A stretch of DNA of 64,000 nucleotides from an uncultured delta proteobacterium. GTDB lineage: Bacteria; Desulfobacterota; Binatia; HRBIN30; BPIQ01. How positions within the stretch are numbered: the first letter of the stretch is position 1; the number at the start of each line of letters is the position of its first letter. Location of the stretch: the NCBI GenBank assembly GCA_963761335.1, contig CAVXGR010000018.1, positions 416,001 through 480,000 of the forward strand, written 5' to 3'. The position numbers were made by a program, and so were the translations under genes. Under the pieces are notes generated by a model. It was not told the DNA's origin and made no database searches. It worked only from the letters and a program-made list of their open reading frames with translations. Positions 54,299 through 64,000 of the stretch are shown here, piece by piece.

Positions 54299-55510
54299 AT
54301 GCCGATGCCGCTCGAGGGGATCCGTGTGATCGATTGGACGATCTGGCAGCAGGGGCCGGTGGCCAGCGCCATGCTCGGCGACCTGGGCGCCGAGGTGATC
54401 AAGATCGAGGAGCGCCACCGCGGTGATCCGGGACGCGGAATGCTGAAAATGAGCGGCATCGATCTCGCGGACCGGCCCAACTTCTATTTCGAGGCGAACA
54501 ACCGCAACAAGCGGAGCGTTGCCGTCGATCTGAAGAAGCCGGAAGGGGTGGAGATCGTTCGCGAGCTGGTGCAGCTGTCGGACGTCTTTGTGCAGAACTT
54601 CCGCCAGGGTGTTGCCGAGCGCCTCGGTCTCGGCGCTGCCGAGCTGCGTCACCGCAACCCCATGCTGATCTACGCCAGCGCCACCGGTTACGGTGCTGCC
54701 GGACCGGAGAGCGGCGAGCCCTCCTTCGACTATCTGGGCCAGGCGCGTTCCGGAATCATGCTCGCCGCCGGAGAGCCGGAGATGCCGCCTCTGGCCATCG
54801 CCGGCGGAATCGCCGATCAGATGGGGGCCATCATGCTTGCTTACGGCGTGCTCGCGGCGCTCTACGCGCGCCAGCGCTTCGGCATTGGCCAAGAGGTCGG
54901 CGCTTCCCATCTCGGCAGCATGACCTGGCTCCAGGGGTTGAGCGTTGCGGCTCGCCTGATGATGGGCATGGCCATCCCGCGGCAGCCGCGCGATGCCGCC
55001 GCCAATCCTCTGTGGAACCACTATCGCTGCTCCGACGGGCGCTGGCTCGCCCTCGGCATGCTGCAGCCCGATCGCTATTGGAAAGACCTGTGCGGCGCCC
55101 TCGGCCGCCCAGAGCTGGCCGAGGACGAGCGCTTTTCGACCATGACGATGCGCGCCGGAAACGCGCGCCAGTGCGTCGCCGCGCTCGACGAGATCTTCGC
55201 GACGCGCCCCTGCGCCGAGTGGATCGAGGTGCTGCGCCGCGGCGGCGACTTCATCTTCACGCACGTGAACAGCGTCGACGATCTTCCGGAAGATCCGCAG
55301 GTCCAGGCCAACGAGTACGTGACGGAGTTCGCCCATCCCGCCTACGGGCCGGTGAAGGTGGTCGGCATGCCGGTGCGCCTGAGCGAGACGCCGGGGCAGA
55401 TCCGTCTGCCAGCTCCCGAGTTCGGCCAGCACACCGAGGAGGTGCTCGCCGAGCTGCTCGGCTACAGCTGGGAGAAGATCGACGCGCTGCGCGCCGCCGA
55501 GGTGATCTGA
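54299..55510 (+). CDS. Family III (CaiB/BaiF) CoA-transferase
   Basis: [66 protein letters not shown]. Confidence 0.93.
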   Translation: MPMPLEGIRVIDWTIWQQGPVASAMLGDLGAEVIKIEERHRGDPGRGMLKMSGIDLADRPNFYFEANNRNKRSVAVDLKKPEGVEIVRELVQLSDVFVQNFRQGVAERLGLGAAELRHRNPMLIYASATGYGAAGPESGEPSFDYLGQARSGIMLAAGEPEMPPLAIAGGIADQMGAIMLAYGVLAALYARQRFGIGQEVGASHLGSMTWLQGLSVAARLMMGMAIPRQPRDAAANPLWNHYRCSDGRWLALGMLQPDRYWKDLCGALGRPELAEDERFSTMTMRAGNARQCVAALDEIFATRPCAEWIEVLRRGGDFIFTHVNSVDDLPEDPQVQANEYVTEFAHPAYGPVKVVGMPVRLSETPGQIRLPAPEFGQHTEEVLAELLGYSWEKIDALRAAEVI

Positions 55511-55537
55511 CATATCCGCTCGGGCGTCGGCGGAATG

Positions 55538-55566
55538 TTGACTGCCCAGGGTCCATCCGCTACTCA
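55538..55566 (+). promoter_or_regulatory. Putative housekeeping-sigma promoter of icd-mdh-sucC
   Basis: TTGACT-N17-TACTCA. Confidence 0.4.
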
Positions 55567-55573
55567 CGAGCAG

Positions 55574-55678
55574 CCGGGCGCCTCCCGGGGGTTCACCCCG
55601 CGCGAGGATCTGCCGGCGGGAATCGCTCATCGTGTCGCCGGGCCGGACGAGCAGCGCCCGGGGCATCACGTCTTTTTT
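55574..55678 (+). ncRNA. Putative structured cis-regulatory leader of icd
   Basis: Closing stem CCGGGCGC/GCGCCCGG encloses two hairpins and is followed by TCTTTTTT. Confidence 0.3.
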
Positions 55679-55701
55679 CCCTCGAGCAAGGATCGGAGCA
55701 A

Positions 55702-57991
<2,290 letters not shown>

Positions 57992-58020
57992 CCCGGCGGG
58001 CGGAGTCGGAAAGCAGAGCG

Positions 58021-59187
<1,167 letters not shown>

Positions 59188-59197
59188 GGCTGTCGAT

Positions 59198-59218
59198 CGC
59201 GGCGGCAGCGCCGCCGCG
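59198..59218 (+). terminator. Hairpin after sucC
   Basis: CGCGGCGGC-agc-GCCGCCGCG followed by TCAATT; weak U-tract. Confidence 0.45.
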
Positions 59219-59324
59219 TCAATTAACTGCCCTATCGTCGTCCGGCGGACGGCCGTCGCCCAGGCCGAGGGATCGGCGGTCAACGGAATTCACCGTCCCA
59301 GCGCCGCCGATCTCCGCGTGTCGC

Positions 59325-59341
59325 TCGGCACGTCTCTTGCG
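59325..59341 (+). promoter_or_regulatory. Putative sigma-54 promoter of the S8 peptidase
   Basis: TCGGCACGTCTCTTGCG (GG-N10-GC, TTGC -12 box). Confidence 0.55.
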
Positions 59342-59355
59342 ATGCGGCGTTGGTC

Positions 59356-61521
59356 GTGCTGCGCTGCGTTCGCAAACCGTGCTGGCGAACGGCTGTTGCC
59401 TCTGCCGTTCTCGCCGTGCTCATTCCGACCTTTCCGGCGTTCGCCGGAACGCGTTGGGTGGAGGACGAGCTCTTGGTCGTGCCCCAGCTCGGGGCGCGGT
59501 CGCAGGCCTACTCGATCGCCGCCGCTCAGGGGGCGACGACGCGTCGCGACCTCCCCGAGCTGGGGGTGATCGTTTTGCACACCCCACACGGCCGCCGCGC
59601 CGCCGTCGAGCGCGAGCTGCGCGACAGTGGCCTATTTCGCTCCGTGGAGCGCAACTATATCGCATCCATAGATGGAGATATCGACGATCCGCTCTACTCC
59701 CAACAGTGGGGAGATGACATCATCCGCGCCCCGCAGGCCTGGATGCAGAGCCGCGGCGCCGGTGTCACCATCGCCGTCATCGACACCGGGGTGGAGAGCT
59801 CGCACCCGGACCTGATCGAGCGCTTGGTCCCGGGCCACAACGCCATCGACGGCTCCGTCGTCACCGAGGACGACAACGGTCATGGGACGCGCATGGCCGG
59901 GATCGCGGTCGCGACCGCGTCGAACGGCATCGGCATCGCCGGCGTGGCTCCGGAGGCCAACCTCATGCCGATCAAGGCGCTGACCTCACTCGGATCCGGC
60001 ACCTACTCCGATGTGGCGGCGGCGATCGTCTACGCGGCGGACCAGGGCGCGCGGGTCATCAGCCTCAGCCTCGGGGGCGAGGCCGCCTCGTCGACGCTGT
60101 CGAACGCGGTGGACTATGCCGTGGCCCACGGCAGCGTGGTGGTTGCCGCGGCAGGAAACGCCGGCGGCCCGGTGGCGACCTATCCGGCGGCCTGTGCCGG
60201 TGCCATTGCCGTCGGTGCTTCCGATGACGGCGACCTGCGGGCGGCCTTCTCCAACTACGGCGCCTGGATCGACCTGCTGGCGCCGGGGGTGGGCATCCTC
60301 ACCACGAACCTGGGGGGCGGATACGGCAGCTCCAGCGGCACCTCTCCGGCGACGCCGTTCGTCGCCGGTGCCGCGGCCCTGCTTCTCTCGGCCAACCCGG
60401 CCCTCTCCCCGCAGCAGGTGAGCACGCTGCTGCAGACGGCGAGCGACGATCTTGGGGCCCCGGGGTTCGACGACTATTACGGGTGGGGGCGGCTGAACGT
60501 CGCTCGCGCTCTCGAGCAGGCGCAGATGCTGGTCGGTGCGCCCGACCAGGTGCCGCCGACAGTCGCGGTCGTCTCTCCCGGCGACGGCTCTGCGGTGGAG
60601 GCCAGCTCGGTACCTCTGGAAGTGGATGCGACTGACGACACGGGTGTGGTGCGCGTCGAGTACAGCGTCGACGGCCGCGTGATCGCCAGCACTTACGAGG
60701 CGCCTTTCTCGGCCATCTGGAATCTGCAGCTCGCTTCCGCCGGAGCGCACGTCGTCGCCGCCGCCGCCTATGACGCCTCTGGCAACCGCGGCTTCTCGGC
60801 GCCGGTCACGGTGTCCCTGTCCGGGTCGGGGGTCGGCTGTGGCGTCGCCGGAGGCGAGTGCCTCCCGGGTGGCGGAAAGGCGCGCACCGACTGTCTGGCC
60901 GAGTGGTACGTCGTCGGTGACGGTCTTGCGGATCAGGTGGGCTCGTCGAAGCCGCGCGTCACCTGTGAGGATGGCGCCGCCTGCGACCAGGACGGGATCG
61001 CCGACGGTGTCTGCACCTTCCACGTCGCCATCTGTCTGTCGGTTGCGGACAGCCGCCTGCGCTCGACCAGCGGCGATGCCGCCTGCTCTCCAGAAGACGT
61101 CGCCGAGTTCCGCCTGCTGGCGCCGTCGAGGCGCAAGCGGAGAGATCCCGTCATCGGCGCCAACGCCAACGCTCTGATCGCGAGCGTCGCGGCGCTCGGC
61201 ACTGGCCAGGCGCAGGGGCGCTGCCTCAGCGGGGCGACGAAGCAGCCGTGCGCGACCGATGGCGATTGCGACTCGGCGCCGGGAGCCGCTGACGGTCTCT
61301 GCGCCGTCGATCGGGCAGCGCTCGACAGCGCCGAGGGCACGCTCGGGAAATGCACAGCCGTGCAGGCGCTACAGGTTCCCGTGCGCCCCGGGCGAATGCA
61401 CCCGCGCCCCGGCAAGCAGGTGTTCAAGATCTCCACCTCGCCGGTCAGCGCGACGCGACGTGCACCCAAGGACACCGACACGCTGGGACTCGTCTGCGAG
61501 CCGTCAGCGGCCGGCTCGTAA
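59356..61521 (+). CDS. Secreted S8 (subtilisin/thermitase-like) peptidase with Ig-like domain and Cys-rich C-terminal domain
   Basis: Signal peptide; triad VIDTG, GHGT, SGTS; AAAGN; DQVPPTV..DDTGV.RVEY.VDG..AYDASGN Ig-like domain; more than 10 Cys in the C-terminal part. Start uncertain. Confidence 0.88.
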   Translation: MLRCVRKPCWRTAVASAVLAVLIPTFPAFAGTRWVEDELLVVPQLGARSQAYSIAAAQGATTRRDLPELGVIVLHTPHGRRAAVERELRDSGLFRSVERNYIASIDGDIDDPLYSQQWGDDIIRAPQAWMQSRGAGVTIAVIDTGVESSHPDLIERLVPGHNAIDGSVVTEDDNGHGTRMAGIAVATASNGIGIAGVAPEANLMPIKALTSLGSGTYSDVAAAIVYAADQGARVISLSLGGEAASSTLSNAVDYAVAHGSVVVAAAGNAGGPVATYPAACAGAIAVGASDDGDLRAAFSNYGAWIDLLAPGVGILTTNLGGGYGSSSGTSPATPFVAGAAALLLSANPALSPQQVSTLLQTASDDLGAPGFDDYYGWGRLNVARALEQAQMLVGAPDQVPPTVAVVSPGDGSAVEASSVPLEVDATDDTGVVRVEYSVDGRVIASTYEAPFSAIWNLQLASAGAHVVAAAAYDASGNRGFSAPVTVSLSGSGVGCGVAGGECLPGGGKARTDCLAEWYVVGDGLADQVGSSKPRVTCEDGAACDQDGIADGVCTFHVAICLSVADSRLRSTSGDAACSPEDVAEFRLLAPSRRKRRDPVIGANANALIASVAALGTGQAQGRCLSGATKQPCATDGDCDSAPGAADGLCAVDRAALDSAEGTLGKCTAVQALQVPVRPGRMHPRPGKQVFKISTSPVSATRRAPKDTDTLGLVCEPSAAGS

Positions 61522-61694
61522 GCCGCGCGACTCGCCGCATCGCCTTCGCGTGGCCGCCGCTCCCGTTCCGCAAAAGCGCTGTCCAGACGGGTGCTTGGCG
61601 GCCGTTTCGGATGGGCGGCGGCGGTCCTCGAGGCCCTCTCGGAGGCTCCGCTGCGAAGGTTGCTTTTGCCACGCAGCGGCGTAGTCTCGCTCGC

Positions 61695-63767
61695 GTGAAT
61701 GGAACGGAGAGCGGCGCGGGAGCCACGGTCGGATTCCGCAATTCGTTGGGCGGTTGGCGCGTATCGATACAGCGACTACAGGCGACCCGCCTGATCATCG
61801 TACCCTCGATCACGGGTCTGCTGACCGGTGCCGCGACCATCGCCTTCGTCGAGCTTCTGAACTTGGCGCAGTGGGTGGCTCTCGGCTCGAGCAAGTTGCC
61901 GCTGGACGTGTTGCCGCACCTGACCTGGTATCACATCCTGCTCACGCCCGTGATCGGCGGCCTGATTGTCGGACCCCTGGTGCATTTTCTGGCGCCCGAG
62001 GCGGAGGGACACGGGGTGCCCGAGGTCATCGAGGCGGTGATGCTGGCCGGAGGGCGGATCCGCAAACGCGTGGCGGCGGTGAAGTCGATCGCATCTGCGG
62101 TCACGATCGGCACCGGGGGCTCCGTGGGACGCGAAGGGCCGATCGTGCAGATCGGCGCCGCCCTGGGCTCGGCAGTCGGCCAGTTTCTGCGTTTTCCCGC
62201 GGAGCAGCTGAAGACGCTGACGGCATGCGGCGCCGCCGCCGGCATCGCCGCAGTGTTCAATGCCCCGATCGCCGGGGCGTTCTTCGCCCTCGAGGTGATC
62301 ACCGGAAACTTCGCCATGCCGTCCTTCGGCCCGGTGATTCTGTCCTCAGTGCTGGCGACCGTGGTGTCGCGTGCCTACTTCGGCGATCACCCGGCGTTCA
62401 TCGTTCAGCCGTATCAGATGGAGAGCCTCGTCGAGATCGCCGCCTACGTCGGTCTCGGCTTCTTCTGCGGCCTGGTCTCGGTCGTCTTCATCCGGATGAT
62501 GGATCAGTTCGAGAACCGCGCCCCCCGTCTGCCGATTCCCAAGGTGCTCCTTCCGGCCGCCGGCGGCATCCTGCTCGGGGGGCTGCTGATCTTCGTTCCC
62601 AACGTCTACGGCGTCGGCTACGCCACCATGGACATGGTGCTCAGAGGGGCCTTGTCCTGGAAGTTCCTCGCCGTGCTGCTGCCGGTGAAGATCTTCGCTA
62701 CCTCGCTCACTCTGGCCTCCGGCGGCTCCGGCGGCGTCTTCCTGCCGTCGCTCTACATCGGCTCGGTGGCCGGTGGGCTATACGGGAAAGCGGTGGAGGC
62801 GCTGCTGCCGAGCGTTGCCGCCGGCTCGGGGGCGTATGCCCTGGTGGGCATGGCGGGCGTCCTGAGCGCCTCCACGGGATCGCCGATCACGGCGATGCTG
62901 CTGCTCTTCGAGGTCACCGGCGACTACAAGATCATCCTGCCGGTGATGATTGTGGCGACGCTGGCGTCCATGGTAGCCCGCGCCCTCGAAGAGAACTCTC
63001 TCTACACGCTCAAGCTGAGCCGCAGCGGCATCGCCCTCAACCGGCGTGAGGACATCATCATGCGGACGCACACGGTGGGCGAGATCATGCGCCCGTCGCC
63101 GTGGGTGATTCGCGACAACACCTCACTCGGCGACACGCTCCAGTACTTCCTCGCTCACGAGGCGGTCGAGGTCTACGTGGTGGACGCACAGGGCAAGCTG
63201 GTGGGGGCCATCTCGATTCACGACATCAAGGACCCGGAGGTGCAGAGCCTGGGACCTCTGGTGCTGGCGCGCGACATCGCCGAGCCCGACGTCCACAGGG
63301 TCGATCCGGAGGACACGCTCGCCGATTGCATGGAGCACTTCATCCTCAGCGAGAACGACGAGCTACCGGTGGTGGGCAGCTCGGGAACGCTGCTGGGCAT
63401 CGTCAGCCGCCGCGACGTGTTGCGCATCTACAGCAGCGAGCTGCTGCGCCACGAGTTCATGGGCGTCGCCAGCGAGGGTGGCACTGGAGCACGCGCCGTG
63501 CGCGGCTACGTCCGCCTGACGCACGGGCTGACGCTCTCCCGGGTGCACACCCCGCCGTGGCTTGCCGGCAAATCGCTGCGCGAGGCGAACCTGCGGGCCG
63601 CCTACAGCCTCACGGTCGTTGCCATCTGCCACGGCGAGGACGGTGAGGACCGGCTGCCGAATCCGGAATACCCGCTCGCCGCCAACGACACCTTGGTGGT
63701 GGTCGGCAATTCCGCGGACATCGAGCGCTTCCGCCACGCCGGCGGTGCCGCGGCCGCCGCCGGCTGA
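61695..63767 (+). CDS. CLC-family chloride channel/transporter with CBS pair and TrkA-C (RCK-C) domain
   Basis: GHGVPEV, GGSVGREGP, GAAAGIAAVFNAP, GGVFLP, SLYT, CBS repeats, GKSLREANLR. Start uncertain (GTG at 61695). Confidence 0.9.
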   Translation: MNGTESGAGATVGFRNSLGGWRVSIQRLQATRLIIVPSITGLLTGAATIAFVELLNLAQWVALGSSKLPLDVLPHLTWYHILLTPVIGGLIVGPLVHFLAPEAEGHGVPEVIEAVMLAGGRIRKRVAAVKSIASAVTIGTGGSVGREGPIVQIGAALGSAVGQFLRFPAEQLKTLTACGAAAGIAAVFNAPIAGAFFALEVITGNFAMPSFGPVILSSVLATVVSRAYFGDHPAFIVQPYQMESLVEIAAYVGLGFFCGLVSVVFIRMMDQFENRAPRLPIPKVLLPAAGGILLGGLLIFVPNVYGVGYATMDMVLRGALSWKFLAVLLPVKIFATSLTLASGGSGGVFLPSLYIGSVAGGLYGKAVEALLPSVAAGSGAYALVGMAGVLSASTGSPITAMLLLFEVTGDYKIILPVMIVATLASMVARALEENSLYTLKLSRSGIALNRREDIIMRTHTVGEIMRPSPWVIRDNTSLGDTLQYFLAHEAVEVYVVDAQGKLVGAISIHDIKDPEVQSLGPLVLARDIAEPDVHRVDPEDTLADCMEHFILSENDELPVVGSSGTLLGIVSRRDVLRIYSSELLRHEFMGVASEGGTGARAVRGYVRLTHGLTLSRVHTPPWLAGKSLREANLRAAYSLTVVAICHGEDGEDRLPNPEYPLAANDTLVVVGNSADIERFRHAGGAAAAAG

Positions 63768-63801
63768 GCCGCGAGCCGGCGGCGCCGCTGCGGAGATTCC
63801 C

Positions 63802-64000
63802 ATGGGCAGGCGAGAGGATCCTACGGGCGAAGCCGCCGCGGTCGAGCCGCCGGTCAACCGTACCGAGCTGACACCGCTGCTCTTCATCGAGCGGGCCGCC
63901 GCAGTCTATGCGCAGAGGCCGGCGGCGATATACGGCGCCCGGCGGTTCACCTACGCGCAGCTCGGGTGGCGCGTGCGCCAGCTCGCCACGGCCCTGCGGC
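63802..64000 (+). CDS. Acyl-CoA synthetase/AMP-binding enzyme, 3'-truncated; not in the ORF track
   Basis: GGAG RBS; MGRRED..VNRTELTPLLFIERAAAVY..RPA.IYG.RRFTY.QL..RVRQLATALR, open to the window end. Confidence 0.75.
   Translation, partial: MGRREDPTGEAAAVEPPVNRTELTPLLFIERAAAVYAQRPAAIYGARRFTYAQLGWRVRQLATALR

Overview
A 64-kb, GC-rich (roughly two-thirds G+C by eye), gene-dense bacterial chromosome segment with a diderm envelope. It encodes OmpA, TolC, a DUF1302 beta-barrel and lipoproteins. Gene content and the Cys-rich secreted proteins suggest a Myxococcota/Binatota-like deltaproteobacterial lineage (inference only). In order: a truncated Cys-rich secreted protein; a surface-glycan operon (rfbB, prenyl-phosphate phosphoribosyltransferase, cupin, Rmd-like); DUF1302; a catabolic cluster (crotonase, SCP-x-type thiolase plus DUF35, hydantoinase B); a matrixin plus TIMP-like pair; panE; a sugar dehydrogenase with NDH-2; a family 1 encapsulin with encapsulated ferritin; ompA; and DUF1328. 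A long minus-strand block follows: sdhCAB, alternative complex III with SCO and an A2-type caa3 oxidase, DUF4139, a histidine kinase, a metallophosphoesterase, a bufferin-type MNIO (DUF692) RiPP cluster and a type IIA topoisomerase A subunit. The window ends with a WecA-like fusion, an SGNH hydrolase, a secreted (X-Lys-Pro)n repeat protein, TolC, a DnaA-box cluster, a CoA-transferase, icd-mdh-sucC, an S8 peptidase, a CLC transporter and a truncated acyl-CoA synthetase. I saw no rRNA, tRNA, CRISPR array or mobile element. The most notable items are the secreted Lys-Pro repeat protein, the non-canonical bufferin cluster upstream of the Cu-dependent oxidase operon, the TIMP-like/matrixin pair, the DnaA-box cluster at a gene-strand switch, a structured icd leader, and housekeeping promoters lacking the -7 T. 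All family assignments come from motif recognition, not database searches.
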